A DNA stretch of 64,000 nt from Oikopleura dioica (lineage: Eukaryota; Animalia; Chordata). The position numbers and the translations under genes were made by a program. Positions 20,456 to 34,500 of the stretch are shown one piece after another. The notes below the pieces were generated by a model. It did not search any database, was not told the origin of the DNA, and was given only the letters and a program-made list of their open reading frames with translations. The DNA is taken from assembly GCA_907165135.1 (NCBI GenBank), contig OU015569.1:4588001-4652000 (forward strand), written 5' to 3'. The first letter of the stretch is position 1. Every line of letters starts with the position of its first letter.

Positions 20456-21475
20456 ATGCACAACTATTTATTTTAAACGAAATTTAAGGTTTCCACTTTT
20501 TTGTATGCTTGCTTTTCGCTGAAAAATTCAAAATAAACTCGCAAAACACATTTCGTAGCGGTACTACAAAAAACAAGTTTGCACGCTCAGGTTTATGGAT
20601 GTTCATCCTAACAACTTCTTTCAACAGCATCTTTTCTTTGCTCTCCGATGTGAGATTTTCGACATTGGTTTTTTCATTGTGAGATTTAAAAAAAAAGAGA
20701 GAATATCTTAACACCCTAGTAAGGTACTCCTAAGTAAGGTAATTACTTAACCCTTTTTTGCGTATTTATAAAATATTCATCAATGTAAAGATAAGTTATG
20801 TTTCCCTCGCGAAATATCTGGCAATTTTTTGTGTTAATAAGATTATGCGATGATGGCTTCTCTTTTGATTAAGTAGGTTGATGGGGCAGAAGGTCGTTTT
20901 ACTTCTAGTCAGATCTTACCTGTTTGCTCAGACTTTCAATCTCTCATTAATCAACGATTGACCAAACTTCATTGAAAGAGAAAGGATGTTTGAGCGTTTT
21001 AAAATTTTAAAATTGAAGTGATTCGCAATGCCTCGCAACTGGACATTCCTCCTTGTCCCATGCATCCAACTCTTCATGCACGGATTCGCTAAGCAACAAG
21101 CATTCGTAAAAATATGCACAAAGAGAATCCAAAGAAAAGAAACGCCGTTGTGGGAATAGATCCGTCAAGTGAATCATGTGATGGACTTCTAGGCAAGGAT
21201 TTTAAATCATAACAATTTTGTTAAAAAACACTAAAAACCTTGTTTTCCGCCTTTCCATCACGTGGAATTGATCATTGTCGAGCAAGATGTGCAGCTTCAG
21301 CGTTTTGTTGCGTTTGGCAAATCGTTGGTGATGAATGTCGAATCAGTACTGGCGTAATTAAAAAGTGTCAAAAAAGAGAGCACCCGGTCAAAGCTGGTGC
21401 TATTTTAAGACCGTTGATTTACTGTGAAAAGGTCAGCAGCTTCGAATATAAAAGTAACAACTAAATAATTTGCAG

Positions 21476-24400
21476 CGCTCGAGAATGGTTGGAGCGATCG
21501 TGGTGACTCGGCGAACGTCTAACAGCGTAAAACTGCGCTGGAGTCCTCCAGGTGATTTTTAGTAAAATAAGTTTTATACTGTTTTCAAAGTGCGAGATAA
21601 AATAAAAAAGGGAGCATTTATAAATCTCGGGCTGTTTCACGATGACACTCTTTAGACATCCCTGCTGATGGGTACTTGATCAAATTCCAAGAGGTGGCCA
21701 CACGACGGCGGCGGAGTCAGCGAGTGTCTTCGACTGAAGTAGTATACGGCGGTTTGAGGCCAGGGACGACGTACGAGTGCGAGGTCAAGTCGATTTACAA
21801 CGATACTGGACTTGGGAAACTCTCCGCGAAAGCCAATGTCCAAACACAGCTACTTGACAAGGGTTCAACGCCGCTCTGAGTCCATTTTAACAAGTTCGCT
21901 TCTGAAAATTGATAAAAACGAAGACAGGAATAACCAGCAGTAACTTTCTTGAATGAAGTTGAACCCTTTTGATCGCGCCCACGATTGAAAACGTTTTCGT
22001 AAATATGACAAACCTCAATTTCTCGTGGATTTACAGACCATTGATCGAATCAGCTGAGGATGAACAAAATAGTTTCGTCATTACTCTGGGCCCGGTTCGC
22101 AAACCTTGTGGCCGATTTGACACCTCAGACATAAGGTTTGTAAATTATTCTGATTCCAGTTTGATTTGTATGCTTCAGGAGGAAAGTACTTGATTCTGAA
22201 GCAAGAAACACAACCTTTGATGATTTACGACCAGGAACAAGTTATTGGATCAACTTGCAGCTTCATCGTGGTCTTCGGAAATCAGCCGTTGTATCTGCTA
22301 ATTTCACTACAAGTGAGCGAATTTTCGAATCCTTCCAACGCTGCGTCCAAGGGGTTATATCGTTTGTTCATTAATTTCGCGTTTTCTTTGATTAGGGGTT
22401 GAAAAATCGAGAGAAATTGCATTGATTGCGGCGCAATATCCATCTGCGCCTTTCTCATCCATCAAGAAGGCCCCCTAGCGGCGCGTGTCTAAATGTTTAT
22501 CGTTTTAATTTTGTTGAACATTCCAGTTAAAATTATCGGATTGTCCCTTCCCCGTCCTTTTCAATTCGTGCTTTCCTTTTTTAGTGAGAGGAAACGGTGC
22601 CAAATTAAAGTTACCCGTGAGCCCTAATGTGACTGATGCGAATATGGGGCGGATTCCAAACCTCTAGCTAGTGTCTTTACTTTAAATAGCTTGCCAATTC
22701 GGGCCTTATTTCCAGCGTCAGCTCAAATGATAACACCATGATTTCATACCGACAAATATGTTTATATTTTTTGCCTTTTATAGGCGGAGAGATGGCGAAG
22801 ATAGATTCAAACTATATCAACTACCCAGGTAACCTTGAGTAAACTATGGCTGAATACGCGTATTTCTACAGACATTTTCAACAAGAAGCTCGATCTCGTC
22901 GTTTTGATCGATAACAGCTGGTCGATGGGGAAAACGAACTTTTATTATCAGGAAATTTGTTATTTTGCTTTTATTTCTTTACATTTGATTCATCGTAAAA
23001 ATCATTTTTTAACAAAATGCAAGAAAAAATTCCTCTGGGAGCTGACAAAAAAACTTGATATGGAAGCAGTACGCCTTTCAGTGTGGAGTTATTCGGGAAG
23101 ACCGCGGCTAGAGTTTACTTTTGAAGAAAAGTATGTTCGCTCAGCACTGGGACGTTTGAAGTATCGAGGCGGCGAGTCCATGCTCGGCCGCGCACTCAAT
23201 GTGCTTGATCGTTTTGGGTGGAAACGAGCGAGACAGGAACTGGTTCCCTTTTTTGCGTATTCAAAAGCATAGATAAAATTATACTTTTGAGCCAGTTTAC
23301 AGAATACTAATCGAGCCTTGCTAGTTATTACGGATGACGGTTCTAAGGATGAGTTCCAAGCTGCAGCGACAACTTTGAAAGACAAAGGAGTGCAAGTCAT
23401 CTCTGTAGGGCTGAATAGAGCTCGGCAAGATATGCTTATGCGTAAGTTTTTCCTACGAATCACAGAAAAACTGGTATTATAGAACTTGGAACTGAGAAAA
23501 ACGCGTTTTACTCTCACAGTGGATATGGATTGACGCAGCTGGTCCCGAGTTTGATTCACAGACTTTTTGAGATTGAAGCCGAACACGAAAATGTACCGCT
23601 GAAGATTCACTGGCAATATGTGCAAGAAAAGCCAAAGACAATTCGTATTAGCTGGCACGGAGCAATCGCGGATGTAAATGCCTCCTACAATGACCGCGTC
23701 ATCAAGACTATCCAACAAAGAAGTCCGCCGTTAACTTTCAGTCATCTCTCGCCATTTGCAATGTATCACTTTAGTGTAAATAGTGTTAATGCCTCCACGC
23801 CTGGTTTCGAGTTCCAGCTTTCTTACGACTGGTTCAAAACAGAACACGACATCGGCGTACTGCTTGATCAATCTTGGTCTGTCGGCGCCATCGATTTCTC
23901 ACGCCAGCTTGACTTTGTAAAGCTGCTCTCTCTAGGAATCGACCCTCTCGCTCAAAAACTCATGGTGATGTCCTATTCGCACAAAGTTCGCATGCTGAAA
24001 ACTTACGAGCAAGATATTTCCATTCTGGATATGGCGAAATACGAATCGGGAAAAAGATTGGCCGGCTCAGGAAGATGCTTGAACAATTTTCGCATTTTAA
24101 AATGATTTTTATGATCAAAATAAATTTTGAGCATTTTAAGGCGCGAAAAAAATTTTCAACTTGATGCGAAAGAAAGGAAGTAAAAAGATACCAAAGACGA
24201 TTTTGATGATCAAATGCGGCCCGAGTCTGGATAAATTGGAGCCTGTGCTGAATCGACTGCAGAAACTCGGGATCCGAGTTATTCTAATCAGCGCCTGGCC
24301 AAGGTCCAATGAATCAACTTATAAAGACAACTTCATCCATCTAAAGTTCGACACGGTCGCAAAGATTTTGAATCTGCAGCCGAAAATACTCAAGCTTATT

Positions 24401-27400
24401 CTTTCTCAAGAAGACGACAAAAGAGTCAGTACAGAAACTCATACTGCTTCGGACATCGAAAACGATGAAAAAGATAAAGAAGAAGTCACGACTTTAAAGT
24501 CACCGAAGAAAACAACGAATCCGATTACGACGTTATCAACAATTGAGGACGGCGCAACCACAACAGTCTATAATATCGAAACGACAACCTTTTCGCCGAC
24601 AGAATCAGACAAAAGTACAATATTTACAACTGAAAGAGAACTGACCACCAAATTAACGGACATAACGATTTCAGAGGATAACGACGGCATTGCTTCGAAC
24701 AACATGTTCACAACTTTAGATGTATTTTCAACGACTACTGATAATTATGTCGCAAATACAACTGGTGATATCAACAAGATAAACTCTCAAACAACGGCAA
24801 TGTTTTCTTCAAACGAAAAAGAATCCACTTCAAGAGAAACTGTGGATCCAGCAAACTCACAACCAATAACGCCAGTGATTACAAATTCAGAAGCCGAATT
24901 AACTAAGGAAATAAAAGCAACGATAACGTCAGTCGTATCAATAATCCCCACCGAAACTGGCATCTTGAAAGAAATGGAAGCTGCAACATATGGATCAGCA
25001 GTAACTACAGCTCAGACGACAATGTCGGAGATGTTTTTGACAACTGAAATAGCTACTGAAGAAACTTCTATGGCCTCAATTTCTTCAACCGCCTCACCAG
25101 ACACAAATGAATCCATAGTATCGAATACAACATCGTCAATTATTTCTACAGCTTCAATAATGCCTGAAATATTACCAACTGAAATGTCCACAACAACTTC
25201 GACGAAAACATCAACGACAACATCAATGCCGACATCAACCAAAGCTTCAACAACAACTTTAACAAGGGATTCAACATCAACAACTACAACAACGACGAAG
25301 ACAACAACTTCAACTTTCATTTCGACTACGCTACCAGTAACGCCGCCAACGATAATTCCAAGTACACAATCAACAGCACCGGCCACCTTATTCTCAATAA
25401 CCCTACCGCCAATATCTACAATGATACCAGATAGAACAAGTACTGCATCTACCGATTTGGAGTCGCTTGTGCCAACAACGTATGCAACTGATGGGCCTGA
25501 GATGAAATTCGAGTACTCGACAAATATTTTTGAAACTTCTCAAGCAACGAATAGACTCAAGGATATAACCGAAACAAATCCAGAAGCATCCACGTCGCCG
25601 ACGTTGGCACCATTAGAATATACCCTGACGGATGAAAATACGTACATTCAGTCTTCAACGAAAAATCAGTTCACCCATCCCTCAGAAACTACAACAGCTG
25701 CTAATACGATAGACAATAAAAAATATACTTCAACCTCAATAGATTATTCAACAACAGAATCTATTACAGCTAAGATAGGCGATACTACTACTGCTAGTGA
25801 ACTCATTGGTAAAGAAACTCATGCTCCAACGGAAGGATCGATAATATCCAAGGCTGAATCGTCAACGGAATCTCTTTCGAATGAAATTACAAGTATGAAG
25901 ACTCTATTAATTCAACCAGAAGACTCCACTATCAATTTTGATGATATCTTTGTTCCTGAGGTGGTATCAATCGGTAATGATCTTGACAGCAATGAAGCGT
26001 CCGGTTCTGGAGATACAAGTGGAGAATCAACTTCAAACAATTATGCAACGGAAGCGGCAGTTGTAAATTCTCAAACAACACATCTCCCAGCAACAACAGC
26101 GGCTAAAAGTAGTCAAGTAACGACTGCATTTTCGACAGTAGCTACAGATCATTTATCGAAAAGGTTTTCTTTAAATTATAGCTTTTTAGTCGAAACTAAA
26201 GAACTTAGAAAACTTAGAAAACCTTGACATAAGACAACAAGTGATTCGAAACTCAATACGATTGGAAGTGGTTGCGGCGAGGATGAAGACTGTGTTGACG
26301 ACGACCTTTACTTGATCGATGAAGAAGTACTCTTGTTTGAGTCAAATTGTGGCCCTGGAATGGTTTGCTCCGAGAATGAAATTTGTACGGAAGGAAGATG
26401 CGTTTGTAAAGACGGCTTTGGCGGTGTAAAGTGTGCAGTAAAAGTTTCGTGTGCCAAGGATTGCTCCAGCCATGGGAAGTGTATTTTGCCACTTGGGAGA
26501 GAGTGTACACATGGAAACTGCGAGGGTAGCTGTGAATGTCAAGACGACTGGGGTGGTGAATCTTGCGATGTATCGATGAAAGATTCACCAAAATGCCAGC
26601 TTGACTGTGGCGATCATGGTGCGTAGCCTTAATAGTGCTTCAAAAAGCCAGAACTTGATCGATAGCCTGTCAATCACAATCGCTTGTTTAGGATCGTGCG
26701 AGATGTACTCTGACAGCGAATTCAAGTGTATGTGCCGCGAAGGGTTCACGGGTGCGCGCTGCGAGATAGAAACTACAGAAGCTGTGGATGCATTTTTAGA
26801 CGTGAAGAAAGATATTAAAGAAATCCAATCAACAATTAGTTCAACGAGCACTCTGCAGTCTACGAATGGGTAATTGATTTTTGTCTCTGAAGGAGAAACA
26901 AAAACGGTTTAAGATTAAAGACAACGATGAGTACCTCAACTACTGCTTCGACGCTGCTTTACGACGAAAATTTGGAAGCATCCGGTTCGGGAGACTTTGA
27001 GTCATCTTCCGATCCGCTCTACGACCCAGTTGACGACACTGAAGATGACTCTGAGGACTTTGACGATCAGCTGTTTGAAGAAACGTTTCTTTTTACGACA
27101 AAGCCATCGAAACTGAAAGATGAAGATTTCGTGACTGAAGATCTTGTGATTCCAGGTATAGAGCAGGAGTGATTGCGGTGTTACCTTCTAAGTTAGATCG
27201 CGGCGATTGGGTTCCGATCCATTCGTCCGATTCGTCAAAAATGCTTTCGGAAATGTCGCCCGAAGATGAAATTCCAGAGCTAGAGCTTCCCGACATAGCT
27301 CGAGGAGACAGTGTTTCGAACAACTATGACACTGTCTATCTGGTTCCTCCAGAACAAGGTTATCATTAACCTGAAAATTTTTCAAACTAAAAATTTGCAT

Positions 27401-29534
27401 GATTAACACATTTGAGTGTGGATTAATAAGCAATAAAACATCTTATCGAACATATTTGACGAATAAATTAAGGACCACAAGGCGCACAAGACTCTTTCAA
27501 GTTCATGGAGCTGGATCTACATTTCGAAGTCGATACGGAAAGCGCTCATGACTGGTCGGAAGCTGATATCCACCAGATCTGGAAAACAATTCTAAAGAAG
27601 ATTAGCTTCCCAAACGTCGAGACTATAAAAATTTCTCCACCGAGAAAGGTTATTTTTAAACCAATATTCATCACTCAGATTCTTAGATATCTTTGCATTC
27701 AAACGCAATGTCAGCACAGTTGGACATTGAGTTCGAGAATGAGGTCAAGAATGGAAAGAAGATTTTTGACGCAATTCTAACGGAGCTCGGATTAGATTCG
27801 CTCAATCGAACTATCCGCGAGATTGACTCTGAAGTCTTCATTTATGTTAAAAAAAGAAGCTCGTCTTTTGAGCTTCTCAAAGAGCTTAAAAATATCGAGC
27901 CAGGTACAGTGTCAATCCATTTTTTCATAACGTGATTCGATAAGCTCCAAAAATGACTGAGATGAAGACGACTACAGCTTCTACAGATTTCTCAACCTAC
28001 ACAAGCGAGACAACAGCAGCAAAAAAAGATCGATTCAGTACATTATCACTTGCAGAGATGACAACAACTGCCCCTTTTTACAAAAAGAGTGAGCAATTTG
28101 ACGTCATTATTGAAGGCAGCGGCGAAATGGAGGACACTTTTATCTCCGAAAATGATCCACTCGTATTCGATAATTTGGAAAACGATGGTCTCAGAACGAC
28201 ACAGATCACATTTTCAGACGATTTTGATCTTTTCGAAGATGATGGAGAGGTCGTTTTTAAAAAACTCGCTACGGAAGCCATAATCACCACAACAATTCCT
28301 ACGACAACGACAATACGGTCTACAATCTTGGAAGAGATAACTACTCAAAAAGTCAGTGCGAACGATCCCTTAGGCTTCGTTGGAGAAGAAGAAGAAGTCG
28401 TTGATGATGCCTTTATCGAAGTGCCCGGTGTTTACGAAAGCGGGGATTCTAGTGGCGACTTTAGCGCTGATTTTAGTGGTGAATCAAGTGGGCAGGAAAT
28501 CGACGATGTTGTTCTCATTGAAAACAGTGGTGAAGGCTCGGGACTGGTCGAAGAGATGGTGAGAGGTTTCCTGGAAACAATTTTTATTAACATTTTTCAG
28601 TTTTTAATCACGATGCAAGACACTGAAAACGACCAAATAACCACACCTCAACCTGGTGAGTCTTTTGAAACATCGTTGATTCCTGAGAATTCTCCATCAA
28701 TAATTACGAACACGGCTAAAACAATCGAAACATCAAACACTACGAGTTCGCCATCGTCTAGCACGTCAACCAATTCTATGACAAATGATTACATAAACAC
28801 TACTTCCGCTCCGAGGCACTCTTCATTTACGACTACAGTTGCTATGGCATCTCCATCGGAACAAGTGATATCTGAATTGGAGTCTTCTGGAGACATTTAT
28901 TACGACGAGGTTTCAGATGACGACGAGATCTCTTCTTCTAAGGAATGCAGCTGCAAACCCCAGGATCTTCTCGAATCAAGTCTCTTTGTCGACTACATGG
29001 AGAAAATGCATGCTAGCTACAGAAAAGAGCTCAACTCTCTTGTAAATGGAATTAATTTGTTACATCAAGAGGTAGAATTATTCAAATTGAAAACAAAAAT
29101 AAATAATTTTTTAAAGATTGACCATCTGAAGTTACAGCTGGAAGTAGCATCCAGCACTCCAGTCGATTCAAAGGCGGCTACGCTGGCGATCATGAGGGTA
29201 AGTTTCTCCAACTAAAAGCATAAAAATTATTTCTTCCAAAGCATCACGTGATGAAGTACCACGATCCAACGAAAGCACCTTACCCCTATCATAACATCGT
29301 CGGACCTCCAGGAATCCCAGGGCAGCCCGGTCCGCCTGGTCGTCAAGGACCCCGTGGATATCCTGGAGTTCAAGGTCCTCCTGGAAATCCTGGCCCTCAA
29401 GGACCAACTGGAGAAAAGTAAGATGTCAAATTAGGGGCGGAGTAAGCATTTCTTTTAGGGGTGATTTAGGCGATCCTGGCTTCGGAAACGTTCAAAACTT
29501 CCCGAAATCCGACTGGCCGACCTACAATGTATAA
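21476..29534 (+). CDS. Large multi-exon ECM protein: FN3, vWA, FN3, vWA, S/T mucin tract, EGF repeats, Ser-Gly sites, coiled coil, short C-terminal collagen (Gly-X-Y) domain
   Basis: FN3 (VKLRWSPP...[12 protein letters not shown]); vWA MIDAS-like motifs DNSWSMG and DQSWSVG; Thr/Ser tract 24.4-26.2 kb; EGF Cys patterns 26.3-26.8 kb; EASGSGD motifs; [22 protein letters not shown]... at 29.30-29.49 kb; stop 29532-29534. The 5' exon was not found. Confidence 0.85.
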
Positions 29535-30014
29535 TTTAAAAAGCTTGTTACATACTGTAAAGTTGCATTTTGTTCAGAAGTTACGTGCAGATTTCCGAGG
29601 GCCCTTTAGTAATAAATTGACGGATAGTCTCGTGTTTACGCTCAAAAAGGAAAATTAAATTGATGTTCCATAAGCTGAGCTTCCATCGCTCACAAATCAA
29701 TGAGTCGTGACGATTTTTTTACGAAATGTGTGCGCTTCGCCGTTGCCTACGCTTGGCTGAATATTTTATCCTTTTGTAGCGCTCGAAAAACGAACAAACT
29801 TTGAAACGCACACGGGCACACTCGCCTCAGGCCCAAAATAACCCCCTTGGACGAAGTTTAGAGAGAATTAGAAAGAACTAGAATGAAACTTGAGCTGCGT
29901 GATGAGAGAATCTATCAAGGAACCGACAGGAAAGCGTTTTTTATTCTTCTCAATATGATTTAGTAAGTTCTCGAGAAAAAGTAAATATGTTGATGGCCAA
30001 AAACATCAAATAAC

Positions 30015-31510
30015 ATGATGCGTTTGCTTATCCAAAAACGCTCATATAGCACGATGCATGGATTTCTGGTGCGAGTGACGAAAGAAAAACCAAAGTTGGA
30101 GACTCATTTAATAGAATTTGAAGATGATACGTGTGTTCAGTTTTATGCCGGGACTCTTCGTCTTCACGAAGGTATAATTATTTTTTCATAAATAGAAATT
30201 ATTATTCGCTAAATATACCCATAGAAAATTTATTTTCAAAAATAGAATTAAAATTAAGGCGAGGACAAAGCCTCAGTGATGATAAATTTAACCCTGGATC
30301 CGAAATTGAATAAGATCGGAATGGAAATGGTTACCTTGGAGCCCACAACGGTCGACATTGAGTTTGCCATCATCGTCGGACGCGCAATAAACAGCCGTCG
30401 AATAAAAGGTGTTACATTCTCAGGCGCCTTTTTGGAGAAAGAGCGCAGCCCGGAACCCACGCATGAGAAGTTCGAGACCTCCGCCGAAATGTATATAAAG
30501 CACAATTACTTGGTACGGAAAGGCGGGGTTAAAAATAGTATCGAATACATATTAAGAACTTGCTGGTAGAGCACTCGCACGGAGCACCGGGCGGAGGACA
30601 TCTATCCCTGCTTCTAGGACGCGATTGTACAATTTCGAACGTAAAGGAAGAGATCGCCAGGAGAATTCTCGACTGCAACGGACCGAAAGAGTTTACTAAC
30701 ACTTCCTGTCAACGACTGATTCACGGCGGACAAATTCTGGCACGGGATAAATAATCAGAAACAAACGATCGGTTTTTTTTTTTAAATTCAGAACTTATTC
30801 ATTGTTTGATTGCGTTTGTCTATTCCTCTTTATGGGCAGCTGATAATTGCAGACTTGACGACGCAATCGGACCTTCAGTGGAGAGACACATTCAAGAAGG
30901 GACCGTGGTCAACATTCTCATGCATTACAGGCAGATAACAGAAGCCAACAAAAACGAAGAGGACAATATGCCTCAAAATCTGCAATGCTCGCAAACTCAC
31001 CAGCGCTTACGAAGCTGCAACATCCTACAGGTCAGTTTTGTCGCCAAACTTTTTATCTAATAATCGGCGTCAAGAGAAATTTCTCTGAATGCATCCGAAA
31101 CGCGCAACTCAACAAGAGCCGCGAGCAACGTGAGCGCTACAACTCGGAGGAGCGTGATCAAGAAGTTCCTCAAATTCCAAAGCTCCACGACATGGGAAAG
31201 ATGACGGAGAGATTGTCGAATGACCTTTTAAAATGGGCAAACCAGCTCGAACGACTTGGTGGGTATTGATTTCCGACAGCTTCTTATATCATTTTCAGGC
31301 GAATTGCTAAAAGAAGACAGACCCTTATCTGCCGGTTCTAGTCAGTTCAATTTTCATCAGAACCTAGTCCAGAACAACATGGACGGTGCGAAATACTTGG
31401 GCCATACTTGCGAGCACCTGGTCAAGCTAACGATACCTTTACACGAAGCGCCGCCTCGAGCTCTTTCCTCGCACCAGCCGCAGCCAAATGCTCCTAATCG
31501 ACCCACCTAA
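30015..31510 (+). CDS. Multi-exon protein with a ubiquitin-like domain and a BAG6-like helical region
   Basis: Ubl-like segment TISNVKEEIARR...QRLIHGGQILA. C-terminal LVQNNMDGAKYLGHTCEHLVKLTIPLHEAPPRAL resembles the conserved BAG6 segment from memory. Confidence 0.55.
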
Positions 31511-31576
31511 TAATTAGGTCGTAATTCGTTTAATCGCCAAATTCAATAAATCAACACTGATAAGCAAGTTTGCTCT

Positions 31577-34500
31577 TTATTTGAATCTATTTGAACCAGA
31601 GAGATTGAGTTTCTTTCGCTTCTTGAATTCAACTGGGCGACGAGGCAACACGCGAGCAATCAAAGACTTGTGGAAGAAAAGTAGGTTTGCTTCAGTTTTA
31701 ACGCAATATTTCAAGTACAAATACTTTTAAATGATTTATCAAGTGATTAATTAAGTCATTTCCTCTGGTTTAATAGAATCATTTCCTTCGGAAGTCGAAT
31801 CGTTGCGCAAAGTAGGAACCAACTGATCAGCAAAAGTTGGAAGAGGCCGCCGAGAAACGGTCCTCCTGGTAGATAATGATAGTCTTCGAGAACAACATCC
31901 AGCCGGCCATTAGTCCACACTGTATTGATATTGTGCTGGACATCCTGATACTTTTCAGTAAAAACAGCGATCAGGATATTGAGAAGTATAAGATTCGAGC
32001 AGAGCATGAAAAAGGCGGTCACCATTGTCGACAAAACTGTTGTTTCTGGACAGCGAGGTAGGTCGCTAGTGTCCTCGAGGACTCCGCGGCAATCGTCGGG
32101 ATTCTCGTATTTGTCTATTGTAACTTCGGATAAAAAGGCCTCGCCATAAAGCATGAAATATGGCTTGAATGCAGCTTTTAACACGTACTTCAGCAAGCCC
32201 AGATTTCCGAAGCTCTGTCCATTGTTCGGTAAGATCAGATTTTCGAGAACAACTCCAATCGGCAGCAGGAAAACAAGGACAACGATGAAAAAGTGTCCAA
32301 CGCTGACTATCGTTTTGTAAAGAGCCATCACCATCGGACCCAAATGCTTTGAGTACAAAAAGTATCGCATCAAAGTCAACGTTTGAAAAAACATTGTAAG
32401 GTTGATGAGAAAGTAGCTAAGAAAAGCAACCCATCGCAGATTTTCTTCGTAGCAAACTTCCTTGTCACAAGAAGAGGAAGGAACAGTGAAAAATTGTCTG
32501 AATCCATCGGAGAAGAAAGCCAAGGGATTTTCATGACTTGTAAAAGATGTTCAAAACTTCAGTGTTTTCCGAAAAAAACACACTTGTCGGATTCCAGAAC
32601 GAGGACAACTTGAGTTGTTGTTATTAATAAATTCTTGAGCAAAGAAATGTCAAGGCTTGTTGTTAAGTTATGGTCTCGTGATGTGTTTAAAACTGTCTCT
32701 AGAATGTTGTTGAGGATCACTCAACAAGTAGCCATTTTCATTTTTTTGCTCATTCCACTCTGGGAATTCTCAGAGTCCGGACCCGCACAATTTCAAGGTA
32801 ACTTTTTCGAATTTGAAAACTCGATACTAACGACAACTTTTTAGTCCTTCAAAAGGATTCAAAATCTACAATTGCCGAGGCAGTTGTAGTCAAAATGTAT
32901 TTCCGAAAAGGGAGCTCTCTTCTTACTCAGGCTCCAAAGCCAGGGGCCTGAATAAAATCAATTTTCCTGAAAAGGAAACTGCATGCATCAAAATCAACCT
33001 GAATAAAATCAATTTACTGTACTAGAAAATCATTGGTTTAGAAGTCGAAACTTTCTTCTATACCTTGTTAGTGTTTTTTGTTCTTTTGCAGGCAACTTTT
33101 GTTAGAAAAAAAGGTCATTATGGCAGTACAAATTAGACAAAAATGCGTTTTAGATGAGGTTGTAGTTTAGAGGTGAAAATTGACCACAACAACTAGGGTG
33201 GTCCGCGTTCTAGAGAGTCTCTAGTAGAGACAGCTCAACTCGTAGTGTTTTAGGAAGACTGTTTTGAATTATCCGGCCTTTTGAGACTGTGGTTTGATCC
33301 ATAAAAGTCTTGATATAGTTTTTGATATGAGTTGTTTGGAAAATAGATTTCTTCTGAAGTCGAAAGAGGTTCTCCTTCGAGAAATGACTCTGTGAAAACT
33401 TCGTCGGGAGTCCATTCAGTAAATATTTTACGGCAAAGTATTGCTGCCAGGTAAATGACGTAAGAGATGCCATAGAATATTGTAAAATATGATTTCGAGG
33501 TTCGTTTTAGATACATTTTTGTGGCGTTAATTTTCCTAGACAACGTTGGCCGCAGCTACAAAACAGGTTTGAATAGAACTTCGTCGCAATAATTATAAAT
33601 CAAAACTGGTAAGTATACCTTTGAGAGAGTAACAAGAAGAAACAGGAAAAAAATCGCGGAGTCGAAAAACGTCCATCTGTATGAGGATGCGGCAGTGGAA
33701 GCATAGAGAGCGAGAATTAGGACGAAAATGACGTCGGAAAGGCAGTTGTAGGTAACCATGACGCGGTTTGAGAAGTGCCAGGTGTAGAAGCGGAACTGGA
33801 TACGCTCGAAAAAGGTGCGCGTCATAAAATTATCGCGCTCCGCAAAGTCGAAGCATTTGAGGTCTATTTAAATTGCAATAGTTCCGCTGTGTCCCTTGAG
33901 TTTATGACTCACCTGTACGATGGAAACTCACTGAAGGATCAAACTCAAAGTAGCCAGGGCCAAACATATCGCCCCACATTTTCTGGTTATAGAATTTCAA
34001 AGAGTCCATTTTGAAATATCCGCTAAAGAAATATAACTTTTAACACTAGCTTTTTTGAAAAAAAAACCTGTATAAAGAGTCTCCGAAAAGAGCAGGAATG
34101 GTTCCAGCACTGACAATACCAAGCCAGAAGCGAAGTTGATCCCTAAACCTTGCGCTTCTTTTCAGCCCACCTCTGAAAATAAAGCCGAGCTGGCGTTGGA
34201 TGACCTCGTCCCATACGAATCGACTTAGTTTGCCGATCTTGGCGATTTCCAAAATTGTAATCTGGTAAGTCTTCGTTATAGCGATCAGATCATTGGGAAG
34301 GAGTGAAGCTCTGTTTTCACTAGGCATGCCTGGTACAATTGATCCATGTCGATTTGCGGGCACTCCCTTTTTGTAGCTCGGATCAAGATGCGACTTCGAA
34401 ATGATCTCAAAGGCTCGCGACGGTCGGCACTGTAGGAGCTCGATAGCGAGCTCCTCGTAAATATCGGAATAGTGAACACAGAATTTTTGAGCATTTTGAA

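Noticed and set aside
25012-25386. Poly-Val minus-strand ORF resembling a TM protein
   Set aside because: Reverse complement of the Thr-rich mucin exon.
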